Shown: piece after piece, positions 12,639 to 25,318 of the stretch
Numbering within the stretch: the first letter of the stretch is position 1
Layout: every line of letters starts with the position of its first letter
Assembly: GCF_009914755.1 (NCBI RefSeq)
Contig: NC_060935.1
DNA: 64,000 nucleotides
Direction: 5' to 3' (one strand)
Source of the DNA: the human T2T-CHM13v2.0 reference genome, Homo sapiens
Notes under the pieces: generated by a model
What the model saw: the letters and a program-made list of their open reading frames with translations, nothing else
Database searches by the model: none
Told to the model about the DNA's origin: nothing
Translations under genes and position numbers: made by a program

Positions 12639-15600
12639 TTACCCAACCACTTTTCTTTTGAATAGCCATCCCAGACATCAGGTAAACCTTGCCCTGACTG
12701 AAAGCATTCTTTGAACCACTTTCTTCAAGCAAATAGGTACATTTAATTCTAAGAGGACCAAGACACCTTAGAAGCAATACATGGAAACCTCCTTAATTGA
12801 CTCAGCAATTGCAGAATGAGTCCCTGAATGACTTTTACCCCAAATTTAGAAGTTGGAAAGGGGTCACTTACAACAGAAAATATGTATTTTCTAGTTTTTT
12901 TTTGAAGTATACTTGGCCTATAGTATTTCCTGAGGGGATCCTAATACCTTTCTATTAAAGCATGAACCCGAAGTTGTAAATTTAGAGAAACAATTTGAGG
13001 TGAGGGTTTGACATAACAGATGGCCAAGGGACTAATGACAAGATCATACTCTTGGCTGAGCATTTGGAATGTCTCATTATTTGTAAAACATTGTTTAGAA
13101 ATTGCCTTCCTGGCATAGAACTGGTTGACACACAGATATTAATGCATCTAACCCTCTAAACTGTACAGATAATGTGCTTCTTAAGTCTTTATATTTAATT
13201 GGCTTTATACTACTTAAATATTGGAAACTGAAAAATTCAATGTTATTTCCTTATCAAGTATTTCTGCCTTTACACTTTTAAGATGAGGAAAATGAGCCAC
13301 ATGTCCCAGATTCCACAACAAGAGGGAGTCCAAATGGGACAATAGGGTCAAGTTATTCTCACAGTTGACAGCACATAAGGATGATCCTAGGTGCACACAC
13401 TGTGTGAACAGACATTCCTCCCTTTGGCTCAGTGCTGGGTTAAATGTGCACACTGAGCGTCTACTAGTGTAAGGCCAAGGGGTCAATGCATGTTTGCTTT
13501 GAAAGTGAATCGCTCACAATGATTACACGCCAGGGAGATAAATGTGATGGAGGAAATAAACAAACATGTGAAAGTTATAATAGCTTTAAAATAAACCTGT
13601 TCCTAGAAGGAGACCCCTGGAAATGCTTGTACATAAAGGCAACCTCCTCCCTTTCCCAGAGCTGAGACTATCGTGAGGAAAGCTTGAAGCGAGACTGTAT
13701 TTGAAGACAGCAGGTTCCTTGCATGTTCAAAACCACTCAGAGCTAGTGCTCTGTATCTCATTATGGCAGAGCCAGATCGCGAGATAAGCTTGTGCTGCCA
13801 CAATATTACTGTTGCAAATGTGTGGTCCTGAAGGGTCTTCTTTGGAAGGGCTCTGCTCTCAGAAATGGCCTTGGACTTGCACGCTGGGAATGTTTTCATG
13901 AGCGGACATAGATTTTGAAAGGGTCAGTGTGGCTCAGGAGGCAGCAACTGGAGAAATAGAAAACCTACTCCTTTTTGGTCTGGACGCCTTTCTTGTGCTT
14001 CGATTCTTCAAGGATCTAACAGTGTTTGTTTCGTGTTTCTGTTTGGTGTGCAGACGGCATATTCCCTTTAACATGGATTTGTTCGAGTAGACTTCACTAT
14101 GGTGCACAGATCAAGCTATGTTAAAATAACGTTAAAGGTCTGCACTGAAGCAATCTGAAGCAGAGAATTCCGCGTTTCAGGCTGCCACACCACCTTTAAA
14201 TCAACGGAATGTGTCCGTGTGCGGCTGTCCATAGACTCTTCTCACTGCTGTTATCCTCATAATAGGATCATTCAGGTTCTCTTATCTGGTCTCCTAGATG
14301 CTTGTCTCCAACTATTTCAAACAGAAGTGATTTGTTACCCAGCACCACCCTACTTCCTGCAAGAGGCACAAGGATGAAGCAAGCTTGCTCTAATGGGGAC
14401 CCAGTTTTCCCTGTCCTCAGTTAAGTATTTTATTTACAGAGCTAATGAGCCCTTAGAAGCATGAAATAGGCACACCCACACATTACAAAAAGGCACACAC
14501 AAGTGCAAGTTAAAATAATTTATAGTAGACTGGATTCACTGGTGGCTCTGAGACCAGTTTGCCCACTGCAGGTCTGCGCAGCCAGATGCAACCCTGTTGA
14601 CAGAGATGAATTTGATCACCTCCACCTGCACACCTTTTGCTGTATTAGCCAAGTGTGTGTTTCTTTATCCACTCATCTGTGGCTCCCACTTAACTGGCAT
14701 CCTTTGAATATCAGCAGCCCTCCCTTTGGAGAGCCAGGGAATGGGAGTCACAAAAGTGTTTCCTCATGCTGAAACATGAAAATTGGAATTTCTTTATGAA
14801 GACAGTTGGTGATGTGCTAATATGTACAATGAATGTATGGCCTCACACCTTTAGCCCCCGAGTGCTGCATGTCTCCAGGTAGGCAGACAGGCTGCAGACA
14901 CACACAGCTCCCTGCTGCTGTTCAACAAATGCTGATTTCAAATCACACATTGCCCATCTTCCTGAGGGTCACATTTCTCTTTGCTCATTGTTTTTGCAGG
15001 TCTGATTAAGTCCTATATTCCTGAAAATGAGGTTCAGCCTATATCTGACTCCAGATTTATGAGGGAGAATTAACACCCTGCTGCTTCCTAAAGCTTTATT
15101 CCCTTGCAAGTCTACGTTTTGTTTCAGCCTTTGGAGTTGACCACCTTTTCTTGCAACTTCTGTTGCTCTCAGCGTCCCTGTCTCCAAATGCATTGACCCA
15201 AATGTACCAGTGCTTGGGAGAAAGTTTGTCTTCTATTCATTTAAGATTCTTTTTCTACTTTATAATTATGTACCAGGAATAGCCTAAATATCACCAAAAT
15301 GTAACCTACTGCAATACATAAAGAAATTTAAGTTGCAGTTTGAGGTTCGCCTCTAGTTCCTGGAGGCACTTTTTAGTGCTTTCTGATCCCAGCACATTAT
15401 CTCTGTTTTGCAAGCTGGGAGGTGAGGTTGTCATAGGTCATTTGGCCCAGAATTTGGGTGGGCCTTTGATTTCTTTCCAGGGCTTACTTTCCACACAACT
15501 GCAGCCACCAGAATGAGTCAGAGCTAGGCTGAAACTATTAATCGGTATCGTGGTTAACATCTTATCCAATTTGGGCCTAAGAGAAAAGCCTGACTCACAG

Positions 15601-16669
15601 ATAAAATGTGGAAGTTATTTGCCTTTTCAGAAGCCCCAAGAATCCTTTCTATCAGACTGGCTCCCGGCAGGAAAGAGAAAAAACTGATGACATTGGCGAT
15701 CATCTCATCTGCTCACTATTGAGGAAAAATTAGAAATCAGATCACTCAAGAGCACTGTGAATGCCGTGACAAAAAATTATTTTGAGATGCGATTGGTTTG
15801 AAATTCTGACGTCTAAGAGTCTTGCCCTATCTGATTTGTAAAGAAGAGAATTCTCAGAACAGGAGTCTCAGCAACATCCTTGAAGGCCTTCCTCACCGGC
15901 GCACCTCATGCTGGACTGCATAGAATGGCACTGCCAAAGCACTCTCATCTGTGCAGCTGGCCCTGCGGCCCTGGCCTGTGCCACCATTCCAGACACACAA
16001 GGAATGCACCACAGCTGGCACATAATTAGAAGCTCACAGCAAACAAATCATTGCTTTTTTGTCAGTGTTCCTCCTACTGACCATGCTCAGAGCGTGGCAG
16101 CTCCACCCACGTGCCAACAAACACAGGACAACAAACAGATATAGGGGGAAACAACCCAGGTGCCTCCAGTTGTGTGTTTTGCAGTGGTTTCCCTGCCACT
16201 TCCCTACTTTCCAGAACATAATTTTGTTTGAAATTTTCTGTTTCTACCATCGTGGAGTTTCCCAGTGAAAGGCCTGTGATTAATCCTCAGTGAGTTGAAT
16301 TCTCCTGAAGACTTATATTTAATAATGACACCCCATGCAGAAAACAATTCAAAACAAAGAAGAGCTGCTTTAGGCTCTATACCTCCCAGGGCTTGGGAAT
16401 AATTGTCTCCTATAAACATCACTGACATGCCCAAGAAGGTATGTGGCACTTGCTCAGGTTTAAGAAGGTTCTTTGACCCCTTGTGGATGCTAAGGTATAG
16501 CCAAGGAATAAATAGGCTGGTAGAAACTTTAACAATGAGTGATGTCCTGAACTTGAATGTAGGAAAAGAATTACATTAAAACAAACCATAAGTCAGCCAG
16601 AAAAGAAAAGCAGAGCAGCCAGAAAGATTGAAGCTCCTTGCAAATCCAAAGATGGACTTCCCTATCAAA

Positions 16670-16890
16670 TTTTAAACAAACACAACTAAAATTTATGAAA
16701 TGCCCACTACGTGTTTGATCCTATATGTGCTGAGTATTGGAGGCATAATGAGAATTTTGATGTGGTCCCTAGCCCCAAGGAATTTATAATATCATCAGTG
16801 TGAACAGAGGCATGGACAAAGTGCTATGGGGGCTCAGAGGGGGACACAGATTCTACATGAAGGAGTGTACCTAGGAGATGGGTATTGAAG
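16670..16890 (-). mobile_element. L2 LINE fragment
   Basis: GTGGTCCCTAGCCCCAAGGAATTTATAAT and ACAAAGTGCTATGGGGGCTCAGAGG. Confidence 0.6.
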
Positions 16891-17493
16891 TGTGGTGTTG
16901 TAAAGAATATAATCCCCTAAAGAGGTCTGGCTTTTGCCAGTACCTTTGCTAGTGTCTCTAGTGCCTTCCTTTGCCTAGGGGATTTGGTTCACACTTGGAT
17001 AGTCTAGTAATGCGATTTAGGGTGGGGGCTTTGGCTCTCGAGGCACCAGTGCACTAGAGACTGAGATCAACCATATGGGCAATCAATCAATCAAGCTTGC
17101 CTCTGTAGTGGGGCCCCAGTAACAACTCTGAACATGGAGGTTCAGGTAAGCTGCCCCGTCTTTGACGATACTTGGTATGAATTGTTACACATTGATACCA
17201 GGAAAGTAACATGTCCTGACTCCAGGGGAAGAAGATGGACAAAGCTCTGCATTCTGTACTTCTCCAGATGCTTTCCTGTGTTCTTCTTCCTGTAGCTTAT
17301 TTTAATCATTTCCCCACAATAAACCTTAACGGTGCAAACAATAGTTTTCAGTCAGTTCTGTGAGTACTTCTCAAAAATTATCAAACCTGACAGTGGCTTG
17401 GGGACCCTTTTGCCCTTGCAGTTGATGTCAGAAGTAATGTGGTCTCTTGAGAGACCTATTCATTCTGATGGTTCAGTTGGCATAACTCACACA
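16891..17493 (+). mobile_element. MER77/MER21-family ERVL LTR
   Basis: TGTGG start, AGAGGTCTGGCTTTTGCC, GGGCAATCAATCAATCA, AATAAACC..AAC, GTTCTGTGAGT..TTCT..AAATTATCAAACCTGA, then GTTGATGTCAGAAGT (Leu-PBS-like). Confidence 0.75.
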
Positions 17494-17984
17494 AAGATGC
17501 CACAGGAAAACTACTCAATCTGATACCTTTAAGGTTCCTCCCTGATATAAATCCTGACTCCAATGAAGCCTTGATAAACAGCCTTTGTGCCCTTACCAGG
17601 ATTCTAAAGTATATGATAAGGGTCTGAGCCAAGCCAATATACGGAAGATGAACAGAGTGCCTGAACTTAAGTTAAACTAAACAGTTCAAAACATCTTTAC
17701 TGTATTGACAATCTGGTTAAAGGTGCCTACCTGGGACTCCTAGAGGATAAAGTTCTTTTTCTTTATCTTATTTACCAAATGAAACAATGTGGTAGCAAGA
17801 AAGCCAACTTTTTGTTGTGCATATGACTTGTGGAGAGAAGAGAAAATGTTGAGAATGTTTTCCTTAACTCCTCATTGCAGAATGAGTCAATAAAAGAGTT
17901 ATCATCTCCTAGTGCACAAGGTGGACGTTATCCAGGGGGATGAAGCATGCAAGTGTTGCATGGTGAGATTTGACATAGGGCTGC

Positions 17985-18260
17985 ATCCTCCAGGAAGCTT
18001 TCCCTGAACCTGGTGGTCATGGAAGCCTCACAGATGTTCGCATGACATCCTGTGCCTGACTCTGCTGTAGCTCTTCTTACAGAACAACAAACTTATTTGT
18101 GTGCTGCCTTCTAACAGAACCTGAGACCCCTAATGGTTGGGTCAGTGTGGTCCTTGCTTTGGTATTTTCAGTCCCTCAGACATTTATGGGCCTGACCCAT
18201 AGAAGATATTTGTTAAGTATTTTTTTGGGGGGCGGGGGGTTGAATGAATGAACTAACAAA
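17985..18260 (+). mobile_element. L2 LINE 3' fragment
   Basis: CATCCTCCAGGAAGCTTTCCCTGA at the start and a TTGAATGAATGAA end. Confidence 0.6.
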
Positions 18261-18269
18261 CAGCTTCAG

Positions 18270-18510
18270 AGTAGCGTGGTTTAGAGGAAAGAATAGAACT
18301 TTTGGATTAAAAAGCCAGTTGGGTTCAAATCCAAGCTTGGTCTTTAACAAGTGTGTGGCCTTGGGTAAATGATAACTTCATCTAAAATCCAGTTTATTCA
18401 ACTGTGAAATAGGTTTAATAAAACCAGCCTTAGAACCCTGAGGGAGACAATACATGTAAGAACACTTGCTCTGTGTCTGACAGCTAGTAAATGTTCAATA
18501 CAAATTAATC
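18270..18510 (+). mobile_element. MIR SINE
   Basis: TGGGTTCAAATCCAAGCT...TGTGTGGCCTTGGGTAAAT...TAGTAAATGTTCAATA. Confidence 0.75.
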
Positions 18511-21500
18511 TCCTTTCTTTTTCCTTGAGTACAAAGAAGAAAATTATCAAATATAGCTGAGATAATATTTCAAAACTCTGAATTCAAAACTATGAACTTG
18601 TTAGATAAGGACATGTCTAGACTCAGAGTGGAAGAGAAACCTGGTGAATTGGTGGGTAGGAGTCTCTATCATGGAATTACTTCCACAATAATTACGAGGG
18701 AATCGGATCTTGTCTAGGACACAGGTCCAGATTTAAAAGAACTCCTCTTCCCACCTCTTCCAATCCTCGCTACATCCAGGAACTTACTCTGCTGTGAAAG
18801 TGTCACAGCAACACAGGGAATAATGACTCCATCTCCTCTGAACTGAAGCATAGGTAGGCTAACTAAAAGTAATTTTACAAAAGATGTCAGTGGTCTGGCA
18901 ACGGTACCTCAGTGACAAACTATTGTGATTAAAGGTGATTTTGTCAAAGCATAACACTACCTCTCACAATGGAAGCTTTGTTTATTTCACATGGGACAGC
19001 AACTTGCTATCCATTTCTAGCAGCTCGCAGTCTATGTCCAGGCATACATCCTATCTCTCTACACTCCTAAAGCCCCAAAGAACTGCCATTTACAGAAATA
19101 GGTCTAGGATATAATCTGTAGTTAAATGCATAGTTGATTTATCATTATCTTGGGTTATTTGGAATTCACGTTATTTATATTACTAATCCTGTCCCCAGAC
19201 CTGTAAGTCATTGCCCATCATCCCTCTAACAAATAATAATAACAAAAAATCTCCCTCAACATTATATTTGGACATCATCTGTCTGAAAGGTAATAAGATA
19301 CAGCAACTACAATGATTGAAATGAAGGGAAAGGATTGTTAATATAATAGAGGTTTCTACTGGGCATGCTTTAAATCAATGTGCAGAAGCAATTTGAACGA
19401 CCCATCCTGTCATCATGTTTAAAATACATTGATTTCTCTCTTTCTTTTTCCCCCTTGTGGTTTTTATCTCTTAGGTTATTTTTCCCCTTCCTGTGAATTT
19501 GGATAGCGAGCCAAAGGAAAAGAAACTTCAACAAGAAGACTGGCTCAAATCACTCTAGGGCCAGACTGCACCTTCTATAACATTTCTAATAAATCATGGG
19601 GAAAAAGAAATCTCTGCCATAGTGGCACATTTGACAAATTGAAATTAAATTTTGCCAACTCTGGAGAAACCAAGATAACCTGCTTTGATATTTCTTCCCT
19701 GTTAATAGTTAATGGGTAAGAGGGGACATTTGAGGTTTCTGTTTTTTAAAGCGCCTCCCTCTGATCAAGTGTGATTCTCAAAACCCTGAGTCCATATTCA
19801 GCATGGAGTATGAGTTCAAGGGCTAACAATAAATATGGATATTTTTGCATATAGATGTATATGTATTTTTTTCCTTTAATTCTGAAATTATTATCTCAGA
19901 CAGTGGTAAATGGAATTTTTTGCTAGCAGTGAATTTTCAGTGTTATCAGCTGTCAGGTTGGAAAAATGTATGGCAGTAATAAAGGGGGGAAATATATGAT
20001 CCATAAATAAAGAAAAACGGGACTTGTTTGGCATGATAAAGTTTTAATGCCTCTAGGTAGCAAAGTCTCCAAACAAATTCCCTTCCTTTAAATCTTATGC
20101 TCACTTCAGATTGTGTCTCTCACATTCCTGCTCCCAGGCCTGTAAACAGTGCTGTGGCTGGAGAGACCTGCATACCAAGGAAGAAGAGGTACTGCATGGG
20201 CTGCCTCCAAGGGAGGACTTGGCTTTTCTTCTTCTGTACGGGTCAGGGTGAAGAGTATGTCAAGCCTCTAGCCAGCGATGAGCCATGAAAAAGTTTTTCA
20301 CAGAAACAGCGTTCATGGAGAGCGCCTTTGTGCCTGTATTTCTAGAAATTTCCATATGCTGCTGAAAAACAATGATCAAGATCATCAACATGTATTGATC
20401 ATGTACAACAGACCATAGTCAAGGTTGGGTGCAGCAATACTGGGGTGAAGGCACCTGCCTTCAGAGAGCTCATTGTCTTTTGGGGGAGGAAGATAAGACA
20501 CCCTATGAGGCTGCTGAAATAGCCTAGAATAGTGTTTACATGCAACACGTGGATGAAGATTATTAGTTGAATAAATGAATATAAATGTAAGGTTGGCATT
20601 AATTAACTGGGAATGGAAAGGGCATTGAAAAGTTGTGTTTTGTTTTGTTGGGGGGCTGGAGGAAAAGGGGTTGGATGTGTATCAATGCAGGAAATTACTC
20701 CTGATCAGGGAGGAGAGGAGGAAACGCCGCATTGGTTCCAGAAAGCTGTTCTTCAACATCACTTTATATTACATACATTTTGTTTTTAATGACTGGTTTG
20801 CCTTGGGTAAAAAGACAATGATGAGTCAGCATATTACAGGCAAACAATCGAGGCCATTGTGTGAAGGTCTTTGCTGTGGTGGAAGTGTGTTATCTCCCTG
20901 AAACATCCAGGCGGGTTCCTCTGCTGTCACTGTACAATTTGCATGCTTCGGTAATGTTTTATGTATTACGCTACTTATACGCTAAAATGTACATGCACGC
21001 TCCTGCAAATTTAGGTAAATTATGAATAAATTAAATCTTATCTAAATAAACAAGTGTCTTTTTGAACCAAAATGCAAGCTGTCATGAATATTTAAGTGGA
21101 CAAGGATGAATCCTCTTCCTGCTGCACTTCGTACAGAGTGCATTCTATACTCTTGATTGCAGGAAGGAAAGTGTACACAGCTAGAGAAACATAATCGACT
21201 TCTCACTAGGGACATGAACGTTGAGAAATCTGGCCTGGCAGAGCGATACATTAAAAAATAAGATTCATTATGGAAATTAAGTTATATGGGTGTCTCCTGA
21301 CCCTGGTAATCTCTGCCTTTTCACACTATATTGGAGATGCAGAGTTTGAGCACAGAGTTATTATTTTGATCTTTCTTTTAGTGGAAAGAGGCATCTCATG
21401 CATATTTCAACTCTAGAACCTAAGGAAATCCGGACTAGTTGCTTGTTGGTTTATATATGATTTCTGTAGGAAGCTCATGAGCATAAGGATTGGCTCATTG

Positions 21501-21712
21501 AAAATCAAAGATTTCAAGAACATTCAGCGCCCAGGGTCAAGTTTAAGGATCTCAGTTAATGTTTTCAGGCCACATCTCCTTAGTCTTATTTTCCATTACT
21601 CATAGGATCTGAGAATCTGAGTTGAAAGGGCAGTTGGGGATGGAGTTAGAAAATAATCAACAGGGAAGTTTTATAAACTTCCTCCAAAAGGCCACGCTTT
21701 CCCACCTACACA

Positions 21713-22393
21713 TATTAGTCCCCCTTCATCCAAGGTTTCACGCTCCAATTTCAGTTCTCTCACAACTGTGGACTGAAAATATATGTGGGAAATTCTAGGA
21801 ACAAAAAATTCCTAAGTTTTAAATCGCATGCCATTCTGGGTAGCGTGATAAAATCTTGTGCAGAACAGCTCCATCCTGCTCAGACCTTGAATCATCCCTC
21901 TGTGCAATTTCTCCAGGCTGTCTATGCTATTTGCCTGTAAGTCACTCAATAGCCCTCTGGGTTTTCAGGTTGAATTTCACAGTATCACAGTGACTGTGAT
22001 CAAGTAACTTTTATTTTACCTAATAATGGCTCCAAAGAGCAAGATTAGTGATGCTGGCAATTTGGAGATGCCAAAAAGAAGCTGTAAAGTGCTTTCTATA
22101 AGTGAAAAAGTGAAAGTTCTCAAATGAGGAAGGAAAAAATTATACACTCAGGTTGCTAACATCTATAGTAAGAATGAATCTTCTATTTGTGAAACTGTCA
22201 ACAGCATATTGTTATTGTTCTATTATGTGATTGTTGTTAATCTCTTACTGTGCCTCATTTATAAATTAAGTTTTATCGTAGGTATGTATGGATAGGAAAG
22301 AACATAGTGTATATAGGGTTTGGGACTATCTGTGGTTTCAGGCATCCCCTGGGGGTTGTGAAACATATCCCCTGCAGATAAAGAGGTCTACTG
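21713..22393 (+). mobile_element. MER44 (MER44B-like) non-autonomous Tigger7 DNA transposon
   Basis: Terminal inverted repeats TAGTCCCCCTTCATCC and GCAGATAAAGAGGTCTACTG. An internal transposase-start relic from about 22026 reads MAPKSKISDAGNLEMPKRSCKVLSISEKVKVLK*. Confidence 0.85.
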
Positions 22394-22489
22394 TCCTCTT
22401 GCATATTCTGTTCCTTCTGTCTAGAGGGCCCTCATCCTGTTTGTCTGGAACAACTACAGCTTTCTTGCTTCAAGACTTGGGTCTTCTCC

Positions 22490-22860
22490 TTCATGGAGCC
22501 TTGTCTGAGCTCCCTAGGCAGAGCGAGGCGTGTTAACCTAGTTGGAAGCCCCAGGAGGGCAAGGCTTATGTCTGCTTCTTCTCCACATATCCCCAGCAGC
22601 CAGCACAATGCCAGGCATGTAGAAGGCGTTCAAAAATAAATCCCTCCTAAAAAAAGACTCTCCTGTGGTGTCTGAGCTTATTGAATAAATCCCTCTATGG
22701 CACCATAAGATTGCTGTAATTCATTATTCGTTTACAGGTTAGTCTGGCCCAATGGATGGCTGTGCCCTCAAAGGCAGAGGTCCATCTTATTGATCTTGTA
22801 TTCCCAGGACCAAGTTCCATAAGTATTTGACAAATGTTTGTTTATTGAAAGAAAGTTATA
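22490..22860 (+). mobile_element. L2 3' fragments (two)
   Basis: ATCCCCAGCAGCCAGCACAATGCCAGGCATGTAGAAGGCGTTCAAAAATA and GTATTCCCAG...AAATGTTTGTTTATTGAA. Confidence 0.6.
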
Positions 22861-23529
22861 TCCATTACTTTGCAATTAATTGCAGCAACAAACCTGAGAC
22901 TTATTAGCTCCTGTGCACCCTACAGCGTCATCTTCATCATAGTCAGTGTCTAGGCATCCGCTTTCATTGTTGTTGGCAGTGGTCTTCTGAATCTCAACAG
23001 GCCCCGAAGGTCTTAGTCATGCTCACCTACCCAATAGTTGGTTTTTTCCTACTTAAATCCTCCAGGAAAAGACAAAGGCTTCATACATCGTCAAGGTGGA
23101 CCACGGGGTTGAAATAAGGAAGCACAATAGCAGTCCTAGGGGGTAACCTTGCTTCCCGTTTTTTTCTCCAGCTCTGGATCAGCCCTGGGCAGGCCCTGCA
23201 CCAGGTGAGGATGGGGTAGGGTGAGGAGTGGATGCGTGTCCACTGAGCTTTGCAGCAGAGAAGAGGCACGGCAGAGGAGAGAAGAGCGCGCTTTCAGAGG
23301 AGGTGGTGAGGAGGGAAGGGGAGCCGCTGAGCCTGCCTGTGAGTGGTTGCTGTTCGGAGGGCCAGCTCTGTCAGGAGCTCTATCTGGACTCTGCACTCAG
23401 GACAACAGACAGAGACAGCACATTGATATCAGGTCCAGTCTGTCCCTTTCCACATGGATGCCCCTGCTCAATCAGCCATGTATGAACTTCTAAGCAATTT
23501 CTATGAGCTCATTTTAGAATGTAACTCTC

Positions 23530-23800
23530 TTTGCCATGAAAAAAACCTCCCTTCATATCAAGTCTAAATCTCTCAGGGTTCTGTAATGTAAATCCTCTTC
23601 TATCTACTCTGTTCTCAGTGGAGAGGGCTGACACCTGGCCCCTTCCTTCTCACCATAAGCATATATCCACTGCAAGACCATGACCATATTGGGGTTCATC
23701 CTCTTCTTTTTCAGACTAAGTCCCCCAATATCCTTCATCCACCTTCACTTGGGACCTCATCCTAGGAACACAGTGCTCATGTGGGACAGATGGTCTTGCC
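23530..23800 (-). mobile_element. CR1/L3 LINE fragment
   Basis: CTTCATATCAAGTCTAAATCT and CTTCTTTTTCAGACTAAGTCCCCCAATATCCTTCA resemble antisense L3/CR1. Confidence 0.45.
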
Positions 23801-24774
23801 TTTGTAGAGCTTCAGGGTCAGACCTGGCTTGGCCTACACGTGTTGGTTTATAAAATGAAACTGAAGACCTCATTCCCACTGCAGGTGATATGGAGGTGAT
23901 GGAGCAACAATTAGGGGCTGTAATGGGCCAGTTAATGTTATTGGTAATGAGGACACATTTACTCACAGAAAGTGGACTGCCACCTGCCAAATGGCCAATG
24001 TCCCTTTGAGCCCTGTCATAGACAGAACACTGGGCCGACCATGAGTTTGACTCAATATCATATCCTTTCAGTCAGACTGAGAGCTGGCCTCTCCATCGGA
24101 GAGAATATGGGTCAAGTTCAGAAGGACCAAGCATCACAGATTTTTTTTTTCTTTCTGTAAATGCAGGGCCTTTACTTGGTGCTGTGAGGAACTTGTGAGT
24201 TCTGAGTTCATCTGATCCCTGGACTCCCTGCCTAACTGAACACAATCCAAAGTCAAACTGAGGGGCTGGCTCACATTTCTATATAACAGTGTCCTCGTTC
24301 TCACCTGCCCTTTAGGACAATATCCTGCATTATCAGAGCAGCAAGTGATGACACAGAGCAGCTCTCTGGGAGGAAGATACGGTCTCTGAGCAAGACAAAA
24401 ACAAGAAAAAAACACTAATGGAAAACCCACTGATGCAGTTCAAACTGTGTCCCCATCAGTATGAAAGGCAAGTTTGCAGGGCTGGAGACAGGCTTTGATC
24501 TTGCCTCGAAGTCAAAGGCAATCTGGAAGATCTCCAAGTGTAAAGGTGCATGAGAAATGCTTCCAGTGAGTGAGATTTCATGGGAGGTTGGAGTGGGTGA
24601 GCTCACTCACTCTGCCGTATATCCTACTGGGGAGAAACTCCATTCCCAAAGTCCTGCTTTCAATTGTGATCTGCCCAGTCTCGTCCCACAGAGACTTCCA
24701 GCCTAGTCAGCTATGCAATCAACCCAAAGCATGCCTAAGCGATAACTGGAGTCCCGACGGCTAGTGAGTGGGAC

Positions 24775-25318
24775 CGTCAGAGGTGTTTGAACCAGAGCAA
24801 CTCCATCCTGAATAGGGGCTGGGTAAAATAAGGCTAACTTATTTAGCCTTAAAATAATTTTCCCAGTAAGTTAATCACAGAATGAGATAGGAGGTCAGCA
24901 CAAGATACAGGTCATGGAGACTTTGCTGATAAAACAGCTTACAGTAAAAAAGCTGGCTAAAACCCACCAAAATCAAGATGGCAACAAGAATGACCTCTGG
25001 TCATCCTCACTGCTACACTCCCACCCGTGCCATGACAGTTTACAAATGCCATGGCAACATCAGAAAGTTACCCTACCTGGGCTCAAAAGGGGAGGCATGA
25101 ATAATCCCCTTGTTTAGCATATTGTCAAGAAATAATCATAAAAATGGGCAACCAGCAGCCCTCAGAACTGCTGTCTATGGAGTAGCCATTCTTTTATTCC
25201 TTTACTTTCTTAATAAACTTGCTTTCACTTTATGCTCTGGACTCGCCCTGAATTCTTTCTTGCACGAGATCCAAGAACCCTCTTTTGGAGTCTGGATGGG
25301 GACCCCTTTCCAGTAACA
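24775..25318 (+). mobile_element. MER41A 5' LTR
   Basis: (C)GTCAGAGGTGTTTGAACCAGAGCAACTCCATC...CCCCTTTCCAGTAACA, with the terminal T mutated to C. The GGGGAGGCATGAATAATC junction is typical of MER41A. AATAAA at 25212-25217. Confidence 0.92.

Noticed and set aside
17420-17440. Leu-PBS-like GTTGATGTCAGAAGT after the MER77-like LTR body, suggesting a second provirus
   Set aside because: No internal region or second LTR follows, and as I recall this motif is part of the family consensus tail.
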